Shown here in pieces: positions 30,152-41,551 of a DNA stretch of 64,000 nucleotides; positions within the stretch are counted from its first letter, which is position 1, and each line of letters begins with the position of its first letter. The stretch spans positions 54,691 to 118,690 of the forward strand of contig CAWIPW010000007.1 in the NCBI GenBank assembly GCA_963838005.1, in the 5' to 3' direction. The notes below the pieces were generated by a model. It did no database searches. It saw nothing but the letters and a program-made list of their open reading frames with translations, and was not told where the DNA came from. Both the position numbers and the translations under genes were made by a program. Source of the DNA: an uncultured Actinomycetota bacterium. GTDB lineage: Bacteria > Actinomycetota > Acidimicrobiia > Acidimicrobiales > RAAP-2.

Positions 30152-31410
30152 ATGCGCTGGAGGACACTGGTCCCGTTCGCGGTAACCGTTGTCGCCCTAC
30201 CGGCGATTCTGGCCGGCTGCTCGAGCTCGTCGACGACCTCGACATCATCGACCGATACCGGATCGCCCATCACCCTGGCGTTGATCACTTCCGTCACCGG
30301 TCTGAGTGCACCCGAGACGGGGACCTCACCGGCAGGATTTCTGGCTCGCATCGCGCTCCAGAATTCGGAAGGCGGCGTCAACGGTCACAAGATCGTGCCC
30401 CTGGTGATCGACGACCAGTCGAATCCCACCGAGGTCGTCACGGCAGTACAGTCAGCCATCTCCAAGGGCGCCTTCGGCATCGTCTCGGCCACCGCGCTGT
30501 TCTTTCTGGCTGCCAAGTATGCGCAAGAGGCGGGGATACCGGTCACCGGTTCGTACACGGACGGCCAAGAGTGGGGCGAACAGCCCTACACGAACATGTT
30601 CGCCTCCGATCTCGGAAGTGTCGATCCGACGCTCCCCATCAACTCGCTGGAAGGTTCAATCCTGAGGCAGACCGGTGGGACCGTGCTCGGTTCCTACGGG
30701 TACAGCATCTCGCCGACGTCGTCCCGGGAGGCGGTCGCAACTGCGCACTCGTTCCAGCACGCGGGAGGAAAGATCGGTGTGATCGACACCACCCTGGCCT
30801 TCGGGTCGGAGGACTTCACGAGCGTCGCACTCACGGCCAAGCAAGCGCACGTCGATGCGATCTTTCCGACAATGATCGACTCCTCCAACTTCGCCCTCGC
30901 CACGGCGCTCAAGCAGGCCGGCGTGAAAATCAAGTCCGCGGTCTACGCGACCGGGCTACGACCAGACGCCATCACCTCGCCGGCGTGGCCTATCTGCAGG
31001 GTGGCTACTTCCTGTCGATCTACCGCCCCTTCTCACTTCCGAACGCGGGGACCGAACAGATGGCCGCTGCCCTGCAGAAGTACCAAGAACTTCTCGAAGA
31101 CCCAGTTCCCGACGCTGTTCCAGTACGAATCCTGGGCGGGCGCCGATCTCATGATCCAGGGACTCCACCTGGCAGGGCCCAACCCGACCCATGCGGCCGT
31201 GATCAAGGACCTGCGGGGGATCACCGACTACACGGCCAACGGTCTCGCTGCCGAAGCCCATCGACTACTCGACGATCTTCGGCCACGACCCAGCCCAGCA
31301 GTGCGTCTGGGTGCTGCAGGCCCACAAAAGACGGCTTCGTCCCGACGTCCTCACAGCCCACGTGCGGAACCGACATTCCCGGGACGTCGACCGTGAAGTC
31401 CACGTCCTAG
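30152..31410 (+). pseudogene. LivK/amide-type ABC substrate-binding lipoprotein (copy 2), 3 frame breaks
   Basis: Lipobox signal MRWRTLVPFAVTVVALPAILAGCSSS. Alternates between ORF 29825..31396 and ORF 30571..31410 (YLQGGYFLSIYRPFSLPNAGTEQMAAALQKY; FPTLFQYESWAGADLMIQGLHLAG; PIDYSTIFGHDPAQQCVWVLQAHKDGFVP). Confidence 0.78.
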
Positions 31411-31559
31411 GGAGTTGCACCTCCCCTGTTCGTAACGCCCACCCGGTAGGTGCCGAACATGTCGTCCGACGCCGGTGGCCAGGGCTTCCTCTCAGTCGGT
31501 TGCGTCTGCAACCCGGCGTCGACCCGCACCCGGCCGGGGTCGGGCACCATAATGACCCT

Positions 31560-32535
31560 ATGACCAAGATCTACTACGAGGACGAAGCCGACCGCGGGTG
31601 CGCTGGTGGGCGAGACCGTGGCCGTGGTCGGCTACGGCAACCAGGGCCGGTCGTGGGCCCTCAACCTCCGCGACAGCGGCTGCGCACCGATGGTCTGCGT
31701 CCGGCAGCGACGCGACCCGCCAGCAGGCGGAGGCGGACGGTTTCGAGACGCACGACCTCGAAGCGGCCAACGACGCCGACGTGGTATGCATCCTGGTACC
31801 CGATGATGTCGTGCCCCAGTTGGGGATCGCGCCCGGCCCGACCTCGTGCGTGATCGTGGCCAGCGGCTACACCCTGGCGTTCGGTCGCTTCTCCCCGCCG
31901 GCCGACGGGGGCATGGTGGCACCTCGCATGCTCGGCCCCGAGGTCCGTCGGTGCTACGAGGAAGGCATCGGCTTCATCTCCGCCGTCGGCGTGCACCAGG
32001 ACGCGACCGGGCGGGCGCTCGGCCGCGGTGCTGGCCGTGGCTCAGGCCATCGGTGGCTTGCGCCAGGGCGCCATCGAGCTCACGCCGATGCAGGAGGCGG
32101 TGCTCGATCTCAGCGTCGAGCAGGTGCTGTCGCCGGCACTGTCGGCGGTGAGCACCGCGTTCGTGCAGACCATGATCGAGCGTGGGATCCCCATCGAAGC
32201 GGTGATCACGGAGCTCGTGCTGTCGGGAGAGGTCGAGCGAACGTACCGCCTCCTGCGCGAGGTCGGCTTTGCGGTCCAGTCCGAGTACCACTCACCCACC
32301 AGCCAGTACGGGCAGCTGGCCCGCCGCGAGCGCTTCGACCAGCTCGAGCTCCTCCCCGATCATGCGGGCGTTGGCAGATGACATCGACAGCGGGCGGTTC
32401 GCCGACGAGTGGGACGCCGAGCGCGACGCCGGCTACCCCAGGCTCACATCCCTCAAGGCGCAGTACGCCGGACCGGCAGTTCGCGAGTACGAGGCCGAGC
32501 TGCGGACCCGGCTCGGACCCGGTGTCACCCACTAG
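31560..32535 (+). pseudogene. ketol-acid reductoisomerase-like (class I KARI fold) reductase, 4 frame breaks, all +1
   Basis: MTKIYYEDEAD / ALVGETVAVVGYGNQGRSWALNLRDSG / ...QQAEADGFETHDLEAANDADVVCILVPDDVVPQ...GMVAPRMLGPEVRRCYEEGIGF / AVLAVAQAIGGLRQGAIELT...HSPTSQYG / IMRALADDIDSGRFADEWDAE.... Confidence 0.6.
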
Positions 32536-32560
32536 CGACGCCGCGGACCGGCCGCACGGA

Positions 32561-35500
32561 CTACTGCCAGTCGTGGTCCGGGGGGATGACGAACTCGATC
32601 GCGGATCCGTACCTGGTCATCGACGGACCGTTGAGGGCATCACCCGAATAGGAGGCCACCCACATGTAGGTCCCCGGGTCCAGGTTGACGGGCTCGGACG
32701 GGGGACGACTCCATCGGTCACGGTGACCGTCCCACCGGTGGCGACGACCTGCCACTGCCACGACGAGGACGACGAGGACGACGACGGCCTGGCGTACACG
32801 CTGTAGGTGACCTGGCCCCCGGCGCTCGACACGTTGTCGCCCCTGAGCGTGGCCATGTCGGTGACGGCGGTTCCCGCCTCCACGGCGATGACCTGACCGG
32901 GCCGCCGCAAGAATCTACCGTGCCACTTCTCGCTGCTCTGCAGCACCTGACTGATCCTGGTGGGCTCGGTGCCACTGGTCGACGCCGACACCGTCAGCGT
33001 GAACGGCTGGGACGGCGTCCGGACTGACCCCGTTGGTGGCGTCGATGGTGAAGGTGTAGACGCCGGCGGCCAATGACGACGTACCGGCCAGGGTGGCCGT
33101 TCCGTCACCGTTGTCGGTCAACGACACCCCCATCGGCAGCGACGGATCCCGAATCGAGGCTGATGGCCGGCGTGGGGGTGCCCGTGGTGGTCACGGTGAA
33201 GCTGAAGTCGGCCCCTGCCGGGACGGTATCTGACGCCGCACTGGAGATGGCGGGTGGCGTCGATGTCGTCGTCGACGCCGACACCGTCAGCGTGAACGGC
33301 TGGGACGCATCCGGGCTGACGCCGTTGCTGGCGTCGATGGTGAAGGTGTAAGTGCCGGCGGCCACCGACGACGGTGCCGGCCAGGGTGGCCGTTCCGTCG
33401 CCGTTGTCGGTCAATGTCACCCCCGTCGGCAGTGAGGACCCCGAGTCGAGGCTGATGGCCGGCGTGGGGGTTCCCGTGGTGTTCACGGTGAAGCTGAAGG
33501 CGGTCCCTCGGAGACGGTGTCCGTCGCCGCACTGGTGAAGGCGGGGGCCACCGAGGTCGTCGACGCCGACACCGTCAGCGTGAACGGCTGGGAGGCATCC
33601 GGGCTGACGCCGTTGCTGGCGTCGATGGTGAAGGTGTAAGTGCCGGCGGCCACCGACGACGTGCCGGCCAGGGTGGCCGTTCCGTCGCCGTTGTCGGTCA
33701 ACGTGACCCCCGTCGGCAGCGAGGACCCCGAGTCGAGGCTGATGGCCGGCGTGGGGGTGCCCGTGGTGTTCACGGTGAAGCTGAAGGGGGATCCCTCGGA
33801 GACGGTGTCGGTCGCCGCACTGGTGATGGCGGGGGCCACCGAGGTCGTTCCAGAAGCCTGGAAGGTGACCGAGGCAGAGGTGAGAGTAAGCGTGTCGGTC
33901 ACGTCCACTCCGGTGAAGAAGACCGTTTCGGCGGTGTCGTCGGTCACCGAGAACACCGCCTCGCCGCTGGCGTTGGTGGTCAGCGTGGACGGGCTGACCA
34001 GGGCGTGCGACCCCGACGTGGGCGTCAACGAGACGGTCCTCCCGGCGACGGCGGTGCCGTCTGCCGTCAGCAGCGTGACCGTCACCGTCGTTCCTCCGGT
34101 TGCACCCGTGGGAACGGGCGTGGCGGCGGCGGTGACCGTCGACGTCGTAGCCGACACCGTCTGCGCCGCCACCGTCAACGTGAACGGCTGCGAGGCGTCC
34201 GGACTGATCCCGTTGGAGGCGTCGATGGTGAAGGTGTACGTACCGGCGGCCACCGACGTCGAACCGGCCAGGGTGGCCGTACCGTCGCCGTTGTCGGTCA
34301 GCGTCACCCCGGCGGGGAGGACGGAACCCGATGCGAGGCTGATGGCCGGCGTGGGCGTGCCCGTCGTGGTCACGCTGAAGTTGAAGGCGGTTCCCACCGG
34401 GACGGAGTCCGAGGTCGCGCTGGTGATGGCAGGGGCCACCGAGGGTGGCCCCGAGGTCGTGAAGGTGACCTGCGCCGTGGCCGTGATGGTGACGCCTCCG
34501 GCCACGGCCGTGTAGGTGACCGCCTCACCGGTGCTGTCGGTCACGGTGAAGGTGGCGACACCCGAGGCGTTGGTCGTCCCGGAGACGGTGGCGATGGTCG
34601 AATGCCCGCCCGAACTCTGGGACAGGGTCACCGTCTGCCCCGAGAGGGGCGCCGGATTCGCGGCCGTGTCACGCGCGGTGACCGTGAGGGTCGATTTGGT
34701 CGTGCCGTCGGCGGGGACCGAGGTCGGGGACGCTGCCACCGTGGACGCCGTCGCCGAGACGGTGGGGGCCGAGAACGTGACCATCGCCGTCTGCGTCACG
34801 GTGACACCCCCGCCGGTGGCGGTATAGGTCACCGGTTCGCCGGTCGAGTCGGTCACGGTGAAGGTGGCCTGCCCACTGGCGTTCGTGACGTCGGAGCCGG
34901 TGGAGGCGGGGGTGATCGTCGAGTGGCCCGTGCCCTGCGCGAGGCTCACGGTGGCCCCCGTGATCGGCACGGTCTGCGACTGGGCGTTCGCCCCGAGGAG
35001 CGTGACCGTGACGGTGGCCGTGTTCACGCCGTCGGCCACCACCGTGCTCGGGCTGGCCACCACCGTGGACAGCGACGCCGAGGGCACGGTCGTCGTGGAG
35101 GGCGCGCTCCCGTCACCGGGATTCGCCCCGGTGTCCCCCGCGGTCGGGTTGACGTAGAAACCCTGCGAGAAGACGTGGGGCGTCCCGGTGATGTTGGTGA
35201 AGTCGTTGCCGATGAAGAGCACGCACTCATTCGTCAGGTTGCAGACCGGTGTGTTGGTGGCCGGCTCTCCCAGCAGCGCATCCGGGAGGGCGTACACCGG
35301 ATACGGGGTGAAGCTGATCGAGCCGTCGGCCGCCGGGAGGATGGTCGCCGCCGAGATGGTGTTGGCGTCGCACTGGTCGGTCTGGGTGGGAAGGACGCCA
35401 CCCGGGGCGGCGCACTCCAGGATGACGACGTTCGCCCCCTGCGGGAACACCGTGTTCGTGGGGATCGACACCTCGATGTTCTGCCCGCTGGAGAACGGGG

Positions 35501-35714
35501 TTCCGGCCGTGAAGGCACCGACCGGCAGGGCCGAACCGGGGACCTGGCTCCCGCTGCTGATGGCTGCCCCCGCCAGCTCGGTTTCGGTGATCGCCACGGC
35601 GGCGATCACGAGCAGTGACGCAATGGCCACCAAAACGGCTCGCCGCAACGACACCGCCGCCCTCCTCTTCGACCCGTCCGTCGCAGCCGCTTCCGTGTTC
35701 GTCGCGTTTCGCAC
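32561..35714 (-). pseudogene. large secreted Ig-like repeat surface protein (~1050 aa), at least 4 frame breaks in the repeat part
   Basis: Signal/TM AVLVAIASLLVIAAVAITE. Cys-containing N-terminal domain (neocarzinostatin-like pattern, low confidence). Three Big_1/invasin-like domains (STVVASPSTVVADGVNTATVTVTL...). Five copies of a ~95-aa unit (PAITSA.SD.V..G..F.F.V.TTGTPTPAISL.SGS.LP.GVTLTDNGDGTATLAG...AGTYTFTIDASNG.SPDASQPFTLTV). C-terminal Ig-like domain ending ...GTYMWVASYSGDALNG...VIPPDHDWQ. Confidence 0.7.
32987..33850. repeat. three tandem DNA repeats of ~290 bp (units start 32987, 33280, 33568); a diverged fourth copy lies at ~34165-34455
   Basis: Each unit starts GACACCGTCAGCGTGAACGGCTGGGA..GCATCCGGGCTGACGCCGTTGCTGGCGTCGATGGTGAAGGTGTA. 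Units 2 and 3 are nearly identical by eye. Observed periods are 293 and 288 nt; 293 is not a multiple of 3, which fits an indel within that unit. Confidence 0.85.
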
Positions 35715-36470
35715 CGTGTGCCAACCTCCACATTTTTCCTGCGTCTGACGTGCCGGTCACCGCTGAGGGCGCACCTGTCGTGGTCCACGCCTGCCATGTG
35801 CCCCGACCGGCGCGGCCCTAGGCGGCGCGGCCCACGTGTCCTCGGGGTGCCCCGATTAGCAAAGACGACAACGGCCTCGGGCACAAGCAAACTCTGTGTT
35901 GCCGTCGGGTGAGCGATCTGTGACCTTCACCCCGAACCGATGAGGCCGGACGTGGCAGGTGCGCCGCTGAACTGGGCGTTTCCATGTCGCGGGACTTCGG
36001 CGAGAGAAGGAGGGCGAGCCGGGCGGACATACCGGATTGGGCGGATTACGGGCATGTCGCGCAGAAATCGGAACCGGCGGCCTGGGATACGGAGCCGGCT
36101 CTCCGCCCGTCCCGACCAACCGGCCCGGCGGCTCCACCCCGGGACCCCGACATGACCCGGGCCATCGCCTGCCACCACGTGTACGCATGTTTCGCCTTGC
36201 GGGCGGGTACCTACGTGCCGAGTGCCGAAAAGTACGGCCGGCATCATCGGGCCTGACGTCGGTACTCATCGATGATTCCCAAGATCCTGCCGTTCCGACG
36301 CACCTGCGCCGCCCCGAGATGACCTGCCGGCACCCACAGGATCGGCAGGAGATGCCCGCGTACGCGTGATGGCGGAGCCCGGGCACATGGGTACTTTTCC
36401 GTAGAACCCTCGGGCCCAACGGTTGCATGCGGCCCGGCCACGATTTCAAAGAAACTGGAGAGGCCCCGAC

Positions 36471-37295
36471 ATGAGCACGATCACAACATCTGACGGCGTG
36501 GAGATCTATTACAAGGACTGGGGTTCGGGCCCGCCGATCGTGTTCAGTCACGGCTGGCCGCTTTCCGCCGATGATTGGGATACGCAGATGCTGTTCTTCC
36601 TTCATCACGGCTACCGGGTGATCGCGCACGATCGGCGTGGACACGGCCGCTCATCGCAGACCAACGACGGCCACGACATGGATCACTACGCCGATGATCT
36701 TGCCGCCCTTACCGCACACCTCGATCTCCAGGACGCCGTTCACGTCGGCCACTCGACCGGGGGCGGCGAGGTTGTCCGCTACATCGCCCGGCACGGCGAC
36801 AGCCGGGTGGCCAAGGCGGTCCTCATCAGCTCGGTGCCCCCGATCATGGTGAAGACCGACGCCAACCCCGGCGGGCTTCCGAAGAGCGCGTTCGACGATC
36901 TGCAGGCCCAGCTGGCTGCCAACCGGTCCGAGTTCTACCGGGCCCTGCCGTCGGGTCCCTTCTACGGCTTCAACCGGCCCGGGGTCGAACCGTCGGAAGC
37001 GATCATCGAGAACTGGTGGCGACAAGGCATGATGGGGGGAGCCAAGGCGCACTACGACGGGATCGTCGCCTTCTCGCAGACCGATTTCACAGAGGATCTC
37101 AAACAGACGACGGTGCCCGCGCTGGTGATGCACGGTGACGACGACCAGATCGTCCCGTACGCCGACTCGGGCCCGCTGTCCGCCGAGCTGCTGAAGAACG
37201 GGACGCTGAAGACCTACGCCGGATTCCCGCACGGCATGCCGACCACCCAGGCCGCGACGATCAACGCGGATCTGCTGTCCTTCATCCAGTCCTGA
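36471..37295 (+). CDS. alpha/beta hydrolase, non-heme chloroperoxidase / arylesterase family
   Basis: [40 protein letters not shown]..., nucleophile elbow GHSTGGGE, C-terminal ...GFPHGMPTT. Intact 274 aa. Confidence 0.88.
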   Translation: MSTITTSDGVEIYYKDWGSGPPIVFSHGWPLSADDWDTQMLFFLHHGYRVIAHDRRGHGRSSQTNDGHDMDHYADDLAALTAHLDLQDAVHVGHSTGGGEVVRYIARHGDSRVAKAVLISSVPPIMVKTDANPGGLPKSAFDDLQAQLAANRSEFYRALPSGPFYGFNRPGVEPSEAIIENWWRQGMMGGAKAHYDGIVAFSQTDFTEDLKQTTVPALVMHGDDDQIVPYADSGPLSAELLKNGTLKTYAGFPHGMPTTQAATINADLLSFIQS

Positions 37296-39210
37296 GGACG
37301 CAGGCGACCGAGGCGTCGGGTGCTCGGGACGTCCCGGACGTGGACGCACACGCGGCCAGACGGCCCGGCGCCAAGCCCGCGACCGGGGGACTCTCCACAC
37401 CGTGCACCGCCCACACCCACGAGCCGTCAATCAGGGCCGGTGGGCGGCCCAGTGCGGCCGCGAAGTAGGCGAGTGCCAGGGGGACGGATCGGGGACGGAC
37501 GGCGCTGGGAAGTCCGCCGTCAGGTGGCACCACGATCTCGTCGACACCCCAGTCGTGGACTGCGGCCCGGAAATCCTCGAGCTGCGCGTGCGATCCGTCC
37601 GGTAAGGGGAGCAGCCTGGTGAGCGGACTCGCCCCGGTGAGGGCCTCGAGCTGCAGTTCCACCCGGGCGTCCCTCAGTTGCGCCGCGCTCGGATGGTCCG
37701 GTGGAGCCGGCGTGATGCCCCCACCTCCCACGAGCGACAGGTGCAGGCCGCCGACCGCCACCCAGGTCATCGTCTCCTGGGCCGACGAACCGAAGGGGTA
37801 CGTCAACACGACGGTACCGGCAGGGAGCCTGGTGGCCGCGCCCGTGAACCACGCGGGCACGGACACGGGCTGGACGACGTACGGCAGCGAATAGCGCACG
37901 GCGACCGAACCGACGGCGATGAGGCCGACGAGGGCTGCGACCAGGGGGGCTCGCACGTGCGACCGCGAGATGACCCGCAGCTGCGCGTTGGCCGCATGGT
38001 CGAGGATCACCCCGAGCATGAGGGCGGCGAAGAGCGAGCTCAGGGCGGTGAAGCGCTCGGGCACGAAGCTCTCCATGACGGGCAGGTTCTGGAAGATCCG
38101 CCATGGATGCGCGACCACGCTCCCGATCGAGAGCCCGCTACCCGTCCCGCCCATCGACAGCCAGTCCACGATGACGAGCATGGCGGCGCAGAACCACAGG
38201 CGGAGGTCCTTCCGCCAGATCACCAGGCCGACCACCAGCACGGCCACCAGCACGATGCCGAGGTAGACGGTGGTCACCGGTCTCGATCCGAGGTAGCCGT
38301 AGCTCTCCACCGCGGCGGTGGGGCCCCGGTAGGAGGCCGGGGCGCCGAGGACGACGGCCGACCAGCGGTTCCCGATGAGGGGGTTGAACGGCCACACCCG
38401 GGTCGGGAGGTGGCGCGGCCCCGCCACCGCGAACCAGGCCGGGTAGGCCAGGAGCACCACTGCGACGCCGGCGCCGAGCGCGGTACCCGTGGTGGCGTGC
38501 CGCCACCGGTCCCTGAGCGCCTGGCGCCGGAAGAGGGCGGCCGCCGCCACCACCATGGCCACCCCGATCGCGCCGACGAGGGCGCACATGGCCAGGATCT
38601 CCGAACTGACGAAGAACTGGGCGCAGGCCAGCAGACCGAGGGCGATGCCCCACGTCCACCAACGTCCGGTCTGGCGTACGAGCAGCTCGTCGAGGCACAG
38701 GAACAACAGCGGCGGCAGCACCAGCAGCCCCGTGTCGACGTGCTCGAGGGCCAGCGTGTTCACGACCCAGGGCGAGAATCCGTAGAGGAGCCCGCCCGCG
38801 AACGCCGCCGGGACCCAGGACGTCCATCTCCGCAACAGGGCGAACGTCGACAGCGCGGCGGCGACCGGCGCCAGTGTGGCGGCGACGTTCAATGCCGTCA
38901 CCGGCCCGAACAGCCAGGTCACGGGGGCCACGGCTGTGCCGACGAGGAGCACCCCCGTGTTGGCGACGAGGTTCGTGCCGTAGGGATGGTGCAGTGCGCC
39001 GGTGAAGAGCGGATTCAGTACCGCTGGGATGCCGTGCGCCGGCCACGCCACGAACCAGGTGAAGAGCGAGGTGTCGCCGCACCCGCACGTCGCCGTCGCC
39101 GACGGATGGGTGCTCCAGACGTGCCACCACATCGCCACCGAGCAGGCCAGGTACACGGTGCCGGCCACCGCCCAGCTCCGGACGTTCGTCTTCGCCGGTG
39201 CGTCAGCCAT
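37282..39210 (-). CDS. large polytopic membrane protein (642 aa), function unknown, possibly GT-C-like
   Basis: Intact ORF with more than 10 predicted hydrophobic helices and a soluble C-terminal domain. N-terminus ...[33 protein letters not shown]. No family firmly recognised. Confidence 0.7.
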   Translation of the reverse strand: MADAPAKTNVRSWAVAGTVYLACSVAMWWHVWSTHPSATATCGCGDTSLFTWFVAWPAHGIPAVLNPLFTGALHHPYGTNLVANTGVLLVGTAVAPVTWLFGPVTALNVAATLAPVAAALSTFALLRRWTSWVPAAFAGGLLYGFSPWVVNTLALEHVDTGLLVLPPLLFLCLDELLVRQTGRWWTWGIALGLLACAQFFVSSEILAMCALVGAIGVAMVVAAAALFRRQALRDRWRHATTGTALGAGVAVVLLAYPAWFAVAGPRHLPTRVWPFNPLIGNRWSAVVLGAPASYRGPTAAVESYGYLGSRPVTTVYLGIVLVAVLVVGLVIWRKDLRLWFCAAMLVIVDWLSMGGTGSGLSIGSVVAHPWRIFQNLPVMESFVPERFTALSSLFAALMLGVILDHAANAQLRVISRSHVRAPLVAALVGLIAVGSVAVRYSLPYVVQPVSVPAWFTGAATRLPAGTVVLTYPFGSSAQETMTWVAVGGLHLSLVGGGGITPAPPDHPSAAQLRDARVELQLEALTGASPLTRLLPLPDGSHAQLEDFRAAVHDWGVDEIVVPPDGGLPSAVRPRSVPLALAYFAAALGRPPALIDGSWVWAVHGVESPPVAGLAPGRLAACASTSGTSRAPDASVACVLRTG

Positions 39211-39451
39211 CTTCGTCAGGCATCACGGACGGGGCGCCGGGAGGACACCGTCGGTGCTCCGGTGTGCCCCGTCTGACGCCTCCGGACGACCCCGGTCGCC
39301 TGAGACCGCGAACCACATGACCCCGCCGACCGGCACACGGTCACTGACCGGACCCCTTCCGTCAAGCTGCCGGCCACGAGCATAGAGTGCGCTGCCGGGT
39401 CGACCACGGTTGCAGGATCTTCACTGGGGCGGTGTTGTCAGGCAGAACAGA

Positions 39452-40516
39452 TCACATAGGTGGACCTTCCCACGGCGCCGGCGTCAGGACGACTTTCAGG
39501 GCCCTGCTGTCGGCCGCGGCCGCGAACACTCCGTAGGCCTCCACGAAGTCATCGAGGAGGAAGTGATGGGTACTGAACCGGGCGGCACTCACCCGGTTCG
39601 ACGCCATCAGCCGGCTGAGGGTCGGGATCGAGAAGGTGTCGACCAGTCCCGTGGTGATGGTCACGTCCCTGGTCCACAGGGTCTCGAGGTGGAGTGTGGC
39701 CGGCTCGCCGTGCACGCCGATGTTGGCGATCCGCCCGCCGGGGCGCACCAGTTCGGTCGCGAGCTCAAACGTGGACGGTGAACCGACCGCCTCGATGGCG
39801 ACGTCGGCGCCCAGGCCTTCGCTCACGCTCTGCACCATGCGAAGCACGTCCTCGTGACCACTGTTGACGGTGACGTCCGCCCCGAACTGCTTGGCCGCGT
39901 CGAGACGAGAGTCGACCAGATCGACGGCGACGATGTGGCTCGGGTTGAACAGCAGCGATCCCGTGATGGCGGAGAGGCCGACCGGTCCGGCACCGATGAC
40001 CACCACGACGTCACCGGGGGAAACCCCGCCGTTCAGCACGCCGACCTCGTAGCCCGTCGGCAGGATGTCGGCCAGCATCAGCAGCTCCTCGTCCGGTACC
40101 CCCGGTGGGACCGGGTACGTGGACGTGTCGGCGAACGGCACCCGCACCTTCTCGGCCTGGGTCCCGTCGATGGTGTGCCCGAGGATCCAGCCACCGCCGC
40201 CCAGGCACTGCCCGAAGCGGCCCTGGCGGCAGTACCGGCACCTCCCGCAGGCGGAGATGCACGACACCAGTACCCGATCACCGGGCCGGAGGGTCTTCAC
40301 CCCGGATCCGGCCTTCTCCACGGTGCCGACGGCCTCGTGACCGAGGATCCGGCCCGGGGTCACCTCCGGCAGATGCCCCTTCAGGATGTGGAGGTCGCTG
40401 CCGCAGATGGTGGTGGCGTCGACCCTCACGATGATGTCGGTGTCGTCGACGAGCGCCGGCTCGGGAACCTCTTCCCAGCCCTTCCGGTCGGGCCCGTGGT
40501 AGACGAGCGCCTTCAC
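39452..40516 (-). CDS. zinc-dependent alcohol dehydrogenase (MDR family)
   Basis: GTG start gives MKALVYHGPDRKGWEEVPEP. Catalytic Zn ligands CGSDLH and GHE. Structural Zn motif CGRCRYCRQGRFGQC. Rossmann motif GAGPVG. The start overlaps the DoxX stop. Confidence 0.9.
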   Translation of the reverse strand: MKALVYHGPDRKGWEEVPEPALVDDTDIIVRVDATTICGSDLHILKGHLPEVTPGRILGHEAVGTVEKAGSGVKTLRPGDRVLVSCISACGRCRYCRQGRFGQCLGGGGWILGHTIDGTQAEKVRVPFADTSTYPVPPGVPDEELLMLADILPTGYEVGVLNGGVSPGDVVVVIGAGPVGLSAITGSLLFNPSHIVAVDLVDSRLDAAKQFGADVTVNSGHEDVLRMVQSVSEGLGADVAIEAVGSPSTFELATELVRPGGRIANIGVHGEPATLHLETLWTRDVTITTGLVDTFSIPTLSRLMASNRVSAARFSTHHFLLDDFVEAYGVFAAAADSRALKVVLTPAPWEGPPM

Positions 40517-41344
40517 AGCGGCGTTCCCACGGTCGGTGTTCCCGCGGCCACCGTCGCTGTGGTCGGTGCCCTCATGTCCGGCGGCGTGACGGCATCGCCT
40601 CGACGCAGTTTCGCCCACGCGGGCAGGGCGACGCGGTCGAGTCCGAACCACCCGGCGTTGCGCCAGGCCAGCACGAGGAGCACCGACAGGATGGCGTACA
40701 TCGGGTTCACGCCGGCCGAGCCGGAGAACATGTAGACGATGTTGAGCGACAGCCCGGCGAATGCGGCGACCCCGGTGAAGAGCCCGAGAATGAGTGCCAC
40801 GCCGATCAGGATCTCGGAGACGGTGATGAACTTGGCGATCCACGACGAGTTCGGGATCACGAAGTTGTGGAGGAAGCCGGCCCACCAACCGTAACTGGCG
40901 CCCCCCTTGCCGGCGGTGGAGCCGGCCACGCCCGCCGTGGCGAACCCCTTCACACCTGAGCCGCCGTTCCAGAATGCGGCCTTCTCACTGCCCCACAGCT
41001 TCTGGTAGCCGGCGTTCAGCCATTCGTAGCCGAGCCAAAGGCGGACGATGAGCCAGAGGAAGCTGGCCTCGGTAGACCGGAAGAGCCAGTCGGAGATCCG
41101 GAGTCGCTCGGTCCATAGGGGGTCGGGCGTTCGGTGGCGGTCCTGTCCTGACCGTCGGTGCGACAACGGTGATCGGTGCCACCGCGACGGCGGGCACGGC
41201 CGCCACTTGCACAGGATCTGGCACGTGCGCCACCGCCGGCGACATGTCGGGAGCGACGCTCCCCTGGGGGGTGGTGTTCCCCGGCGGGTCATTGGTGGTG
41301 CCGGTGGTCGGTATATCGGAGCGGAGTCCCATGGGGACCGCCAA
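40513..41344 (-). CDS. DoxX family membrane protein with a Pro/Thr-rich N-terminal tail (5' end uncertain, possible frame break ~41130)
   Basis: Core WLFRSTEASFLWLIVRLWLGYEWLNAGYQKLWGS...FITVSEILIGVALILGLFTGVAAFAGLSLNIVYMFSGSAGVNP is in ORF 40513..41415. A plausible N-terminus (MGLRSDIPTTGTTNDPPG...) sits in ORF 40985..41344. Confidence 0.55.
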
Positions 41345-41551
41345 TCTTCCTCCGGGAGCGGAGGAGCTTTTGCTCGATCTGAGCGGGTGGAGCAGTTGCG
41401 GGAGAACGCACGCACGGCCGCGTCACGAGCGGGCCGTCCCCGTGCCGGATGGCACGTCTTCGGGCCTGCCAGTCAGTTCTTCGACCGTCGCGTGGTCCCG
41501 ATACCTACGACCATACGCCAGAGTTTCGAATATAGCAATGGATTTCTAGTA

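Noticed and set aside
32755-32790. Plus-strand acidic run HDEDDEDDDG in ORF 31598..32806
   Set aside because: That ORF is a shadow continuation past the KARI-like gene. The tract is the complement of a poly-Ser stretch in the minus-strand surface protein.
32987-34455. Regularly spaced repeats that might be taken for a CRISPR array
   Set aside because: The repeat unit is ~290 bp with no short unique spacers. It translates into Ig-like protein repeats on the minus strand.
34005-35618. 537-aa plus-strand ORF rich in Arg/Gly/Asp
   Set aside because: It is the antisense shadow of the Ig-repeat surface-protein gene.
36244-36441. 65-aa minus-strand ORF with a cupin-like PAG stretch
   Set aside because: It is too short, has no RBS, and only ~12 residues resemble a cupin/DUF985 motif. 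At most it is a decayed fragment.
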